A stretch of DNA of 64,000 bases from positions 77,934,001 through 77,998,000 of the forward strand of contig OX597822.1 in NCBI GenBank assembly GCA_951406725.2, read 5' to 3'. Positions 1-12,265 of the stretch are shown here, piece after piece. Each line of letters opens with the position of its first letter. The first letter of the stretch is position 1. The stretch is from Octopus vulgaris. Taxonomy: Eukaryota. Below the pieces are notes generated by a model. The model did no database searches, was not told the origin of the DNA, and was given only the letters and a program-made list of their open reading frames with translations. A program made the translations under genes and the position numbers.

Positions 1-49
<49 letters not shown>

Positions 50-79
50 TAATATATGTATATATATATATATATATAT

Positions 80-122
<43 letters not shown>

Positions 123-214
123 TTCAGCAAAATTTGGATTCAAATGAATATGGTACTTAAGTTGAATGCACCAGAATTCTGTATGGTGTTATCCATATAA
201 ATCCATGGGGTGAT

Positions 215-381
215 TATAATCAAAATAAGCAACAAGAATAACTCCGGTAATTTGGTACGATCGTTTCGCACTACATCATTTTATTAAACTGTTGTAATAC
301 TTACAACATTTAATAAAATGATGTAGTGCGAAACGATCGTACCAAATTACCGGAGTTTTCTTGTTGATTATTTTGATTATA
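215..381. repeat. Fold-back inverted repeat (~82-bp arms) in a probable PLE terminal fragment (121-381) set in (TA)n
   Basis: 215-297 is the near reverse complement of 301-381; the arms contain GCGAAACGATCGTA (hammerhead 3' half); (TA)n at 1-120 and ~379-392. Confidence 0.85.
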
Positions 382-783
382 TATATATATATCATCCCTT
401 TTAACTGTACACCTATATGAATATACATACGTATTTAAATACATACATATACATATGTAAACATACAGTATATTCGAACGCCACTATAAGCAGCCAATCA
501 TGACTATGGCAAATCTGCGGAAATGAATATCGAATTTGATGGCATCAAAGACGCAGGGATATCTTAGACATACTGCAACTTCAACAGCGCATATTCAAAG
601 CAGAAACGTTTTTAGTTCATTACAGCTTATTAGGGACCCAACGTCGCATATAGGACCTGGGGTGACTTTTGATGACGCTTTTTGGAACGTGTTTTATATC
701 ATCAAATACGGTATGTCACTTATTCCAAGTTATTTGGCTGCCCGCCTAATATACAAAGAAACTTATATAAGGAACCTCTACGT

Positions 784-1013
784 CAGTGGTTCTTAACTGA
801 GGTTCTTGTGATCGTTGGGGGTTCATATAAGAGTTTTTGTTAAAAGTTATGTGCAATAAGTTGCTTGTATTTCTAAAATGCATAACATATTTTAACAATC
901 CCTGATAATATTTAATTCTAAAAATATAATGGGAATTTTTAAACATTGAATGGTTATTAGGGTTCAGTACAATAAAAAGGAGTCCATAGGTAAAAAGTGA
1001 TTGGGAACTACTG
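784..1013. mobile_element. hAT/Charlie-like non-autonomous element (MITE)
   Basis: Termini CAGTGGTTCTTAA...TTGGGAACTACTG; internal sequence shared with copies at 40125, 45649 and 49218. Confidence 0.65.
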
Positions 1014-1214
1014 TCCTACTTTGTCGTTTGCTACGTCTTAACTAAGAACACATTAGATAATATAGAATGGGGATTATTGAACGGATTAAAAAGACAAGAT
1101 GATCATTTCAGGACCACCTTTGATCATAGATCTGCTCTGCCAGCACTCTCCTATGGTTAAACATGGCAGTAACATAACTATCTAATAATGCAGTGCCGTA
1201 TCTTCTATATTATA

Positions 1215-1600
1215 GCCACAGGCATGGCTGTGTGGTTCAGAATTTCACTTCGCAACCACATGGTTTCCGGTTCAGTCCCAGTGTGCAGTGCCTTAGGCAA
1301 GTGTATTCTGCTATATCCCAGTTACCCCTGGGCTAACCCATGCCATTTGAGTGAATGTGGAGGACGGAAACTGTTTAGAGATCGATCGATCGATCCATCC
1401 ATCCATCCATCTATGGAACCAACCACAACACTAACAGCAATAATTCTTTCTATTACAGGCAACAAGGCTTGAAATTTGTGGGGTGAGGGACAGTCGTTTA
1501 CACTGACCCCAGTGCTCGATTGCTATTCAATTTATAGACCCACAAAAGGATGAAAGGCAAAGTCAACTTTCGCGGAATTGCAACTCAGAACGTAAATCTG
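1215..1600. mobile_element. SINE fragments (family B head on +, ~1215-1375; family A on -, ~1448-1600)
   Basis: Match to the recurrent SINE sequences found throughout the window. Confidence 0.7.
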
Positions 1601-1711
1601 CCAACCATTTTGTACCAACAGCAATAATACCAATGACAACCACTACATTTACAACTGTAACAACAGCAATACACTGTAAAGATTTGCGAGTATCGAGAAG
1701 AAATTACGAAC

Positions 1712-1947
1712 CCCTTAGGCGACACGGGTCTAAGACACTGTCATTTGTACCGCTTTGCTGAAGAAGATGATCTTGGACTCGTTCGATTAGATAAGCTTGT
1801 CCAAAATTTAGATAACTGTGTGCGTAGGTATGGTAGTAAGTGGAACCAATATGGGCGATAAACTTGTTGGCGTAGATAGGCGTTTTAGGAACGAAAACGA
1901 TTTGCGTGGAACCGCCACCCATTTCGAGAACTCCCACACTGGTGTTC
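1712..1947 (-). CDS. NTPDase (GDA1/CD39 ecto-apyrase family) coding exon with ACR4
   Basis: Acceptor ttctttgcag|G, donor G|gttcgt; encodes NTSVGVLEMGGGSTQIVF...YAHSYLNFGQ...DPC; the phase-2 start matches the upstream exon. Confidence 0.9.
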
Positions 1948-2242
1948 CTGCAAAGAAGAAAAAGACAGAGATAGAAATGAAACAAACGTAGCATAAACGA
2001 CCGTAAAAGACTGTATAGTTTTTTAATGTAAAACAAAAGAAAGAAGAGAGTCATGTTTTGATTTTTAAGGTTTGATTGATTTGTCTTGAAAGAGTAAAGT
2101 TTTATTGTTTTGTTATAGAGAGTTTGCGAACGGAAGAACTGAGAGTCAGGAATAATGGTAGAAAAGTATTTCGTTTTTGTATTTGGTTTGCAAGATTCTT
2201 GATGTGAAGTCGTGTGTTGAAACACCTTTTTTTTAAATATCT

Positions 2243-2337
2243 CGGTAGGGTCATTAAGTCAATAATAAACACATGCACGAAAAAGAAGAGAAATAGAACC
2301 AGTGCGTGTGTTTATTGTTGCCATAATGACCCACCCG
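2243..2337. repeat. Short imperfect inverted repeat (MITE-like hairpin)
   Basis: gggtcatta..caataataaacacatgcac pairs with gtgcgtgtgtttattgttg..taatgaccc. Confidence 0.6.
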
Positions 2338-2822
2338 GAATTCAACAAAAGATGAGAACTTATTTGGCTAAAAAGAACATAACCTGATAAAATTAATAAA
2401 TCTAATTGACTTAGCTTATGTTTGGTTTAAGACTTGTTTACGGTAGGAAATTAACAACAGCGACATGAAAACTAGAGTGTACAGTTGGAAATGAAATTGA
2501 CTGAAAAGAATATTCGTTGGTCTGGTTGGAGAACTCCTTCGGTCTTATGTAAGAAAGCTTACAGTAGAAGAAAAACTGAGTGTCGAAATTAGTTTCTTAC
2601 ATAGGCACAGGACCACAAATGAGCTGTTATTTTTTTAATGTGTGGAGAATGAAAGGTGAACTCATATCGGATAGGATTTGAACTTAGAACATAAAAATGG
2701 TCGTGAGTAGCCACTACAAGAAATTCAGTCGGCCTCTATACTTGCTCTGTAACTCTATGACTCACCAAAGTCTGCAAAAAATGAATTCGTTTTGAAGCAT
2801 TTCAATTATTTCGTTTGGGTTA

Positions 2823-3020
2823 GGCGGTGAGCTGGCAGCGTCGTTAGCACACCGGGCAAAATGCTCAGCTGCATTTCGAGTCATTAAATTCGAGTTCAAA
2901 TTCCATCAAGGTCATCTTGGCCTTGCATCCTTTCGGGGTCGCTGAAATAAGTATCACTTGAACACTGGCGTCGATTCAATCGGCTTAACCCCTCCTCCGA
3001 AATTTCGGACTTTGTGCCCA
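2823..3020 (+). mobile_element. tRNA-derived SINE, family A
   Basis: Head aggcggtgagctggcag, B-box-like gagttcaaattcc, core catcctttcggggtcg. Confidence 0.8.
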
Positions 3021-3051
3021 ATTTTTCATCCATTATATTCCTTGACATATA

Positions 3052-4721
3052 CAGTTGCGGCCAAAATGTTCAGAGCGGCATTGTTTTCGTCAGAAAAGTA
3101 GGTATAATTTGTTATCAAATTTGTTTTATATTCTATAATTTTCACAGACAATAAATACGATATTATTTGTTATTGTCTGAGATTTTGGTGTAATTTGAGA
3201 GGATAATACAAAAGTCATGGATGATTTAGTGATTTACTGCAAAACCCATGGCGGCCAAAATGATCAGAACGGTTGCTTTTACTCTGTGTTTTAATATATT
3301 GAACCGGCGAACTCTAATGTTTTGAATTTGTTTACTTGACGGTTCGTTTACTAAACATTAGTAAGAATATCTGCAGTGTACTTTGTTTATATAATGCCAC
3401 TTACTCCGTTACCAATTCGTCAGCAGATTATTAAGCTTCGAAAGAAGGATAATTTAAGTATTGGGTCTATTGCAAAGATTGTTAACAAGTCAAAAAGTGT
3501 TGTTCATGGTATTCTTAAGGTCTACGATGATTGTGGTTCGTGTGAAGCAAGAAAGTCTACAGGTAGGCCAAGAAAAACGATTTAAAACTGCTGCTGCTGT
3601 TTCTCAGGAAATGAGCATTGTACTGAAGAAAACTTTATCTCGAAAAACTGTGTCTCGTCGTTTAGTTGAACATGACCTACAAGCAAGAGCACCTGCAGTG
3701 AAGCCACTGATCAGCTCCAAGAATAAAAAGTGTCGTCTTACCTTTGCAACCGAACATGTGATGTGGTCTCAAGAAAAATGGCAAACGGTGCATTTCAGTG
3801 ATGAATCTAAGTTTATGTTATTTGGCTTGAAGAATTTTTTAGCTGAATGAATCGATCCCAGTACTTATTGTTTTAAAGCGTGGTTCTTATCGGTCTGTTT
3901 TTGGCAAACCACTTAGTTACGGGGATGTAACGTTCGTCGAAAAGTAGGTGAAAAATTGCCGACTAAATGCCTTAAGACTAGTGTTAAATTCGGTGGAGGA
4001 AGTGTCATGGTTTGGGGGATGATATCTGGAGATGGTGTGGGCCCTTTGGTGCGATTACATGGAAAGTAAAATACAGGAGTTTATAAACAACTTGTAAAAG
4101 ATCATGTCTTGCCTGTGCTGAGAAATTCAACTAAGCAACCACTCATATTCATGCAGGACAATGCCCCATGTCACAAGGCTAAAGTGGTCATGAACTTCCT
4201 CAAGGCTGAAAAGGTTATTGTTATGGATTGGCCTGCTCAAAGCCCAGATCTCAATCCTATTGAAAATGTGTGGAATATTCTAGGAAAACGTTCGAAAGCC
4301 AGAAATCCTAAAACAACCGAGCAATTATGGAATGCCCATCAAGAAGAAAATTGAATAATATCACCCAGCAAGAAATTGAAAATTTAGTTTCATGCAGTCG
4401 AAGATGTCAAAGTGTGATTGAAGCTAAAGGGCTTCACGCTAAATATTAAATAATTCCAGTATTCTCTGTCATTTTTGATTATTTTGTTATTTTTTCAACC
4501 ATTCTGATCATTTTGGCCGGTATGGGTTTTGCAGTAAATCACTCCATCATCCATAACTTTTGTATTATCCTCTCAAATTACACCAGAATCTCAGACAATA
4601 ACAAATAATATCGTATTTATTATCTGTGAAAATTATAGAATATAAAACAACTTTGATAAAAAAAATTGTACCTACTTTTCTGACGAAAACAATGCAGTTC
4701 TGAACATTTTGGCCGCAACTG
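3052..4721 (+). mobile_element. Tc1-family DNA transposon (DD34E, IR/DR-type long TIRs), inactivated
   Basis: TA|CAGTTGCGGCCAAAATG...CATTTTGGCCGCAACTG|TA; ~220-bp TIRs with inner repeat GGCCAAAATGATCAGAA; transposase motifs GRPRKT, FSDESKF, QDNAPCH, WPAQSPDLNPIENVW (34 aa from D to E); frameshifts, stops and an insertion. Confidence 0.95.
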
Positions 4722-4724
4722 TAT

Positions 4725-4888
4725 TAACCTTTAAAATCAAATACACTGCGGTTACCGTAGACGAAAAAAAATCTTTCTTATGGTAAAAGGTTTAGAAGCA
4801 CCAGAGGAGATGCCTTTTGCCATAAGAGAGAACTTTTTTTCCTCCACAGTAACTGCGGGGAATTTGATTTTAGAAGTTAAAATGTCAC
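4725..4888. mobile_element. Palindromic MITE-like element
   Basis: ttaacctttaaaatcaaat..tgcggttac..cttatggtaaaagg pairs with ccttttgccataag..gtaactgcg..atttgattttagaagttaa. Confidence 0.6.
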
Positions 4889-5847
4889 AAACATATTTTA
4901 ATTAATCTAAGATTCGTTTATTCCGAAACACTGCTTGGCACTGGTGATTCAATGAAGAAGTTATAGAGTTTCGTTTAAGTTAAAAAATTTTTGAAGCAAA
5001 ATTAGTTTTGACAATTGTGACAAAATTTGATTGGGCGAAAGAAAACGCTTCGTTTTATTACATTGATTTCAGAAATCTGGTTGATACTTTTTTTACTTTA
5101 GATATGAACATTGCAAGGGAGAAAAATTGAAAGACAAGACTTCTATCAATTGAAATGACATAATATGACTGGTTTGGAAAATTTGGTTTCATTGCAGTTC
5201 TTCAAGAGAATCTTAAGAGGAAATGACAGGAATTAGGAACGAGAAATAATTGACATAAGTTAATTAAATATAATTAAATAAAACAGTTACGACTGAATTC
5301 AGTTTAAAAAATTACATTTTACCTTGAAATGGTATGTATGCTCTGGTTTGGTTGACGCACACACACCCACGCGCGCATACACTCACACACACAAACACAT
5401 TAACACAAACACACATACGCACACAGACAAACACACACAGACGCACACACAAACACACGCAAGTACGTGCGCACACATATACAGACACACAAACACACCC
5501 ACACGTACACACATACATACACATACACACGCACGCACACACAAGTACACACACACAAGCACGTACATACTCACCTACACACACACATACATACACATAC
5601 ACACGCACGCACACACAACACGTACACACACAAGTATATACACACTCGTACATAAAACTGGAATAATGTCGGAAAAAGAACGATTGATATTTCCCCGTCC
5701 TTCATTACGTTCGTTTGACTAAACTTATAGTTTTAGGTTTTTAAAAACCATCTCGTCAGATAAAGTCATCAAAATATTACAAGAGGTCTAAAGATATTGC
5801 TATTATATATCAGAATCAAAGTCACCAATACCAAATGTAAAATAATA

Positions 5848-6320
5848 TGCGCAGGAGTGGCTGTGTGGTAAGTAGCTTGCTTATCAACCACATGTTTCCG
5901 GCTTCAGTCCCACTGCGTGGCACCATGTGTAAGTGTCTTCTACTATAGCCTTGGGCCGACCAAAGCCTTGTGAGTGGATTTGGTAGACGGAAACTGAAAG
6001 AAGCCCATCGTGAGTGAATTTGGTAGACGAAAACTGAAAGAAGCATATGTATATCAGTGTGTGTGTCTTCGCAAAACCCGTCGTATACATATATATATGT
6101 GTGTGTATGTTTGTGCCTTTGTGTCTGTATTTGTCCTTCACCACCGGGTAATAGCCGGTGTTGGTGTGCTTACATCCCCGTAACTAAGTGGTTTGCCAAA
6201 AACAGACCGATAAGAACCACGCTTTAAAACAATAAGTACTGGGATCGATTCATTCAGCTAAAAAATTCTTCAAGGCGGTGCCCCAGCATGGCCGCAGTCT
6301 AATGACTCAAACAAGTAAAA
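5848..6320 (+). mobile_element. tRNA-derived SINE, family B (near full length, internal duplication)
   Basis: gcgcaggagtggctgtgtggtaag head, CORE-like ..aagtgtcttctactatagcc, internal (TG/TA)n, tail cagcatggccgcagtc..aaacaagtaaaa. Confidence 0.85.
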
Positions 6321-6354
6321 CGATACAGTAATTATTTCAACCTGAGTGACTTAC

Positions 6355-6541
6355 TCTTGTTTATGGAAGAAACCACGGAGGTAGTTGACTGCAATCCAAG
6401 CAAACACCGCTTCTTCTTCACCAGAGAGGACTTGTGCCTGTCCTCGCCGGAAAAGAAAGGGGTTGTTTTCTGAATTTTCTAGGAACATGTTCAGCTGCCT
6501 GATAATTTTCAGTGACATTTGTCCTTTTAATACTCTCAGAC
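6355..6541 (-). CDS. NTPDase coding exon (end of ACR2 to ACR3)
   Basis: Acceptor tttttctcacag|GT, donor GA|gtaagt; encodes (G)LRVLKGQMSLKIIRQLNMFLENSENNPFLFRRGQAQVLSGEEEAVFAWIAVNYLRGFFHKQ; phases 1 and 2 fit both neighbouring exons; absent from the ORF track. Confidence 0.92.
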
Positions 6542-6592
6542 CTGTGAGAAAAATCGATGAAACAAAATAAAGATGATATAGAAAAGAATAAA

Positions 6593-6655
<63 letters not shown>

Positions 6656-6677
6656 GTTGTTGTTGTTGTTGTTGTTA

Positions 6678-7000
6678 TTGAGTGAGAGAACAGGACGTGC
6701 CATCAAAGTGACACTGGGATAAAATATACGAAACCCAGTATACCCATCATGACTACTCGTCTGATAAGGGTACACCAGGCACATGCATCACAACCGTGTG
6801 TGCGCAACATGGTGATCTCATATCAAAATAAACAGCATATGACCTTGCAGGTAGGGCCCAGTTAGAATTTTCTTCTGGTCGAGTAATCCATCCCGCTCAA
6901 AAGGTCCCTGAATAAGGGTTGTTTAAGGATGTTGAAGGAAACACCCGTGTTTCCAGAGATGAATTATTCAAACCCCAAAGAATCCTTCTCAACACATGGC
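6678..7000. repeat. Unclassified ~320-bp segment inserted in a (TTA/TTG)n microsatellite
   Basis: Complex sequence bracketed by long (TTA)n tracts on both sides. Confidence 0.45.
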
Positions 7001-7130
<130 letters not shown>

Positions 7131-7148
7131 GTTGTTATTATTATTATT

Positions 7149-8065
7149 AAGGCGGTGAACTGGTAGAATTGTTAACACGCCGAGCGAAATACCTAGCGGT
7201 ATTTCGGCTGCCGTAACGTTCTGAGTTCAAATTTCGCCAAGATCAACATTGCCTTTCACCGTTCCGGAGTCAACAAATTAAGTACCGGTCAAGTACTGGG
7301 TTCGATGTGATCGACTTCGCCCTCCCCACAAAATCCAGGCCTTGTGTCTATAGCAGAAAGGATTATCATTATTATTTGTACTGTAAAAGGAGCTATCATA
7401 ACAAAGGACTAGCAATGCTCAAGAGTACGTACCATTTGATCAATTACAGCTAAACGTGCTCAAACACATTTCTACCAATAACCAGTTAGAAACCACAGAG
7501 AAAAGTGGTATAAATGGAAGTAAATACCAGTTACAATAAAACAGTAACCTAGGAAATATTTACATTAAGACCGATGGAAATATTTCCATCATATGAACTA
7601 GTCGTCTTTGCATAAATTATTTCTTCTTGGATGCTTCTTTTATACCATAAAATACGGTATGAAGCGTTGTATATGATATGGAAGGATGGATTTTATAAGG
7701 CGACGAGCTGGTAGAAACGTTAGCATGCCGGGCGGTATTTCGTCTGTCGTTACGTTCTGAGTTCAAATTCCGTCGAGGTCGACTTTGCCTTTCATCCTTT
7801 CGGGGTCGATAAATTAAGTATCAGTTACGCACTGGGGTTGATGTAATCGACTTAACTAATCCGTTTGTCTGTTCTTGTTTGTCCCCTCTATGTTTAGCCC
7901 CTTGTAGGCAATAAAGAAATAAGAAACGTTAGCACGCCGGGCAAAATGCTTAGCGGTAGTTTGTCTACGTTCTTAGTTCAAATTCCGTCGAGGTCGATTT
8001 TGCCTTTCATCCTTTTGGGGTCGATAAATTAAGTACCAGTTGCGCTCTGAGGTCGATCTAATCTA
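7149..8065 (+). mobile_element. Family A SINEs (monomer 7149-7362; dimeric copy 7697-8065)
   Basis: Family A head and core; repeated core in the second copy. Confidence 0.85.
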
Positions 8066-11000
8066 CCGATTTTTATTTTTATTTCTCTAAGTTTGCTTTA
8101 ATCATCATGATGAAGGCCATGCTGAAGCACTGCCTTCATATAATTATTCCAAAGAAGTGGAACTTCCACTGACTTATCCAGAGTGGTCCAAAGGTATGAT
8201 TACAAACTGATGTGAAATTCTCGTTGATTATAAACATCTTAAAACTAGGTAAAAGTAGTTGTTATGGAGCCCAGCAGTACCCTATAGATTTTATCCTCTA
8301 CCGTAAACTTATTTACCGTAGACATATTTCGGGCCAAAATTGGCCCAGTTCATGTCTAAATTTATAGCACAACCTGACAGAATTTGTTAAGTCACTTTTA
8401 AGTTTAGTTTTGCGCTTTCACGGCCCATTCAAGAAGGAAGTTGTTGACAGACATGTACCCAGGTATAGATGGTTTATCAAGTATCCCTTGAAGAAATTTA
8501 CCCAGATATCGTTCAGTGCATAAGTAAACAGAAGAATTTACTTTGAGCGCACAATTAAACAGTGATATTATATGGAAAACTAGACTATAATAGGGGAAAA
8601 TAAAATACAGCAACATGTTACAGGAAGCAAAAAGCAAATAATAAAATGTAGATAATACCGACATTATAATAGATTTTGGAATTTTATATTCTTGGGGTCT
8701 TTTCTTTGATGTCGATTTCCATTTCTATCAGTTCTGACCTTCTAAGCTAAAACAACTACAAATGGAATGAACTATGTTTCTTAATACTGAAATTGCTTTC
8801 GACAGAATCGTCAGAGCGTTGGACAAAATGCTCAGTATATTTTTCGGCTCTTTACGTTTTAGGTTCAATTCTTACCGAGGTGAAAATGCGAGATGTGCAT
8901 TTCTGCTTCGTTGCGTGTAGTCAGTAACATACACTGTATATTAGCAGTGAGCAATCTCCGCCTGCTACTGATATATTTGTGTTTTTAAACACAGTACGTC
9001 TATAAGAGATATTACCTGCGTACGAATACCGCAGCTAGCTTGCTTTTTCGAGATGTGTTTGCATTGAGTATAATATACTGTTAGCTATTTATAATAATGG
9101 CTACCCTCTACTTCCCCACAAACTGCATCTCTATGATCCTGAGATGAGTGTATTCAGGATGTATGATTGTGTGCTTGTGTACAACAACAATTGTGCTTTG
9201 TTTCTGTTTTTGTTTTATTGTTTCTGTTGTTATTGCAGTGTTTCGTCTGCTGCATTGATTGTGCCCCACGTGAACGGTGTTATTCTGCTGACTGCAGTTT
9301 ACGTTTCGTATGTACGTACTTTCTAACTGACGTGTTTTAACGAAGGAGAGGGATTATTCTGGAGAATGAATTTTGTAGGTCGTGTTATAATATTAGGTGG
9401 CAATTGTATAGAATGTGAGCTATACGAATTGTTGGTGCTGAAGTATCGATTACATATAACTAACAAACATGCTGTGTTATTTTATTGGGTTGTGACAGTG
9501 TTGAGTATAAATCGGTGTTATTTTGTAACTTGTGGGTAATCTTGTAATGTGTATGTTACGTTGTGGATACGTTCTGCCCCAAGTATGCCTCCGGCAGTGA
9601 GTTCTTGTTCTGGAGATACAAGATTTTGAGGAGTGTGGAACTATTTCTTTGCCACAATTGTCCCCAGGTCTATTTTGATACTAGCAACAGATTAATTAAC
9701 ATGTCACAGAGTTGCTATCTGCCGGTCACTTACACCCTAACAGACCCAGGACAGACGAGGATTCTCAGCTCTTTTGCTACTCACCTAAGAGAAGGTAACT
9801 CCGCGATAATCTTGCCTCCTGATAACTACTGAACATGGGGCACCAGATCAATACCAGCTTGATGGATGAAAGAGTGGGACTAGCTGTGCACAAACCATAC
9901 CCACTGTAATAATAAACCCCTGCTGCCTTGTGAGGTAATTTATTTAACATTTATAAAAGGGTAAGGGAGCAGACCTCTGCAGAAAATCCAGAGTCGGGGA
10001 CAAGGTATACTTAACTAATGTCTTTCATCCCCTGCGGCTCCATGGATGCTGCAAACATACTGACATGTCTTTTTAAAGTGCTAAAGAAGTAAACCTCGAC
10101 AGAAAATCTAAAGGATTAGGTACTTACTTCTGGAAAGAACCCAGGAACAGCAAAAGTAGTTTAAGTTACTGTCTCTGCAATACCGTCGTCCAACGACGAT
10201 ACAAGGTCAAGCATTGTATGAAAACCAAAGCCGTTAATCGCTGACATGTGTGACTTCGTAGCATGTGCTCTATTTTCTTTAATTGCTTTAATTGTCTATG
10301 TAATCGCAAGAAGTCATGGGCACCTTCTCGGCCCTTCTGCTGTTAACCCTGCACAATATGTAGGATGTGACAGCAGAAGGGAAAGAGAAAAGACTCCATT
10401 TGCTCACTCGGCTAGTAATAATTTCAACAGAATAGACAGCAGCAACGCGGGAACACGTGCCTTGTTCAAGGACTCAATACATTACCCGGTCCCTGAATCG
10501 AACCCACGATTTTATAGCACGCATTTTCACTGTTATATTATGAAGCAATAAGTTATGATTGGGTTGAATATGTGCAGCTATGTTGAGTGGTGGGTGACTC
10601 TATAGGTTTGTATTGTGTGTGCCATGCAGAGAGTGGACTCTGTCAGCTGGACTATCCATAAGATATGCAATGTACCTATCAGACTTAGATTTTCTTCTCT
10701 TTTTTTTTACCTAGACTTAATGTTGAGTTGTAAACCCTGCTATGGTTTCCTGGGGGTTATTATTTTGTATACGTTGTACTTTAATAAGTCTAATTACTGC
10801 TCTAATTATAATTAGGAATGTTTTTACATTTTTTCTGTTTTGATACTTTTCTTTTTTTTTTCTTTCCATACCTCACATCCTGTTTATTTCCATTCCAAGA
10901 TCTCTTGTACTTTGATAGTTCTTCAACTTCCTTCCTGTCGATGTTGATAATGATGATGATGATGATGATGTCGACAACGATTACGATGATGATGATGATG

Positions 11001-11469
11001 AGGAGGAGGAGGAGGAGGGGAGGAGGAATAAGAAAAGATGAAGATCGTGTTGATGTTCATGATAATGGTGATGGCTTCAGCAGTGATGAGTACGATGCGG
11101 AGTATCAAGGGAAAAATAAAACAACTTCGATGATGTCATCAATAAAATGCAAAAAGACGGTGATGAATGCAGGTGGTGGTGGTGGAATCGGTGGTGGTGG
11201 TGGTTGTGGTGTTGGCGGCTGTAGTTGTGGTGGTGGAATCGGAAGTGGTAGTGGAAGTGGTGGTGATGGCGGCGGCAGTAGTCGTGGTGGTGGTAGTGGT
11301 GGTGGTAGTAGTAGTCGTAGTGGTGGTGGTGGTTGTGTTGTTGTTGTTGTTGTTGTTGGTGGTGGTGGTGAAGGAAATGGTGGCGGTGGTGATGGTGGCG
11401 GTGTGGGAGGGAGAAGGGAGAGATAAATGAAAAAAACAAAAAACAAAAAAATAAACCAGACTCACATAC

Positions 11470-11812
11470 CAGCTGTGGCCATGAAATATATCGGAGTTAT
11501 TTTGTGGAGATCTTTTGGCACGAGTTTCATCGACTCGAGAATCATGGGCCGAATATAGGATGCTATAGCTGTGAGGTTGTCACTGTATTCGCTGATACCC
11601 GGGGTATGACGAGACACACTGATCTGAGTGAAGTGTGGTATGTCGTCTCGTGAACTGGGTGTCTGCCATTTGTATACCCTGAGTTTAGTACTTGTGGAGC
11701 CCCCGTCCATGAAAACGCTGTATTTGTAGTCGAGTGGTGTTGCACTGCTAGTGCAACACCTGACGAATAGGCACATAAAGGTGACGAAGATAAGCGTGTG
11801 TAGTTGTGTGTG
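11470..11812 (-). CDS. NTPDase coding exon (hydrophobic N-terminal segment, ACR1, start of ACR2)
   Basis: Acceptor ttttctatttccag|CAC, donor G|gtatgt; HTQLHTLIFVTFMCLFVRCCTSS..YSVFMDGGSTSTKLRVYKW..PGIS..TPIYFMATA(G); a weaker alternative acceptor exists at 11759. Confidence 0.88.
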
Positions 11813-12265
11813 CTGGAAATAGAAAACATAAAAGAGTGGGGTGAGCACATGGGAGTATAGAGAAAAGAACATGGAACATACGTAGGAAGATAAGGGGCCG
11901 TGTAGAAATGTTGAGAGAAAAAAACAAAGAGAGAGAGAGAGAGAGAATAAGAGTGAGAGAGAGGTGGAGTAGTTAGAGTCGATGAAAGAGAGGGAGAGAG
12001 AACACAAATGGTTTAATAGAATAAGGGTGGTACCGAAGATGAAGAAAATGAAGGTGATGATAATGAGGAGGAGGAGGAGGAGGATGGGGATAAGAGGAGG
12101 AGGGAGGGGAAGGAAGAGGAGGAGGAGGAGAAAGGAGGAGGAGAAAGGAGGAGGAAGAAAGGAGGAGGAGAAAGGAGGAGGGGGAGGAAGGAGGAGAAAA
12201 GGACGAATAGAAAGAAAATAACAATAAAAATCAGAAAACGAAAACAAACTGCAAAAGCGATAAAC

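Noticed and set aside
1948-2225. N-terminal part of ORF 1704-2225
   Set aside because: Intronic read-through upstream of the acceptor at 1947
5312-5722. Long ORFs of HT/CV/YI repeats here and throughout (e.g. 42247-42913, 49940-51463, 60504-61786)
   Set aside because: Translations of (CA)n/(TA)n/(TACA)n microsatellites, open in several frames
10818-11465. Gly/Pro/His-rich ORFs
   Set aside because: Trinucleotide repeats in the NTPDase intron next to the donor; no domain
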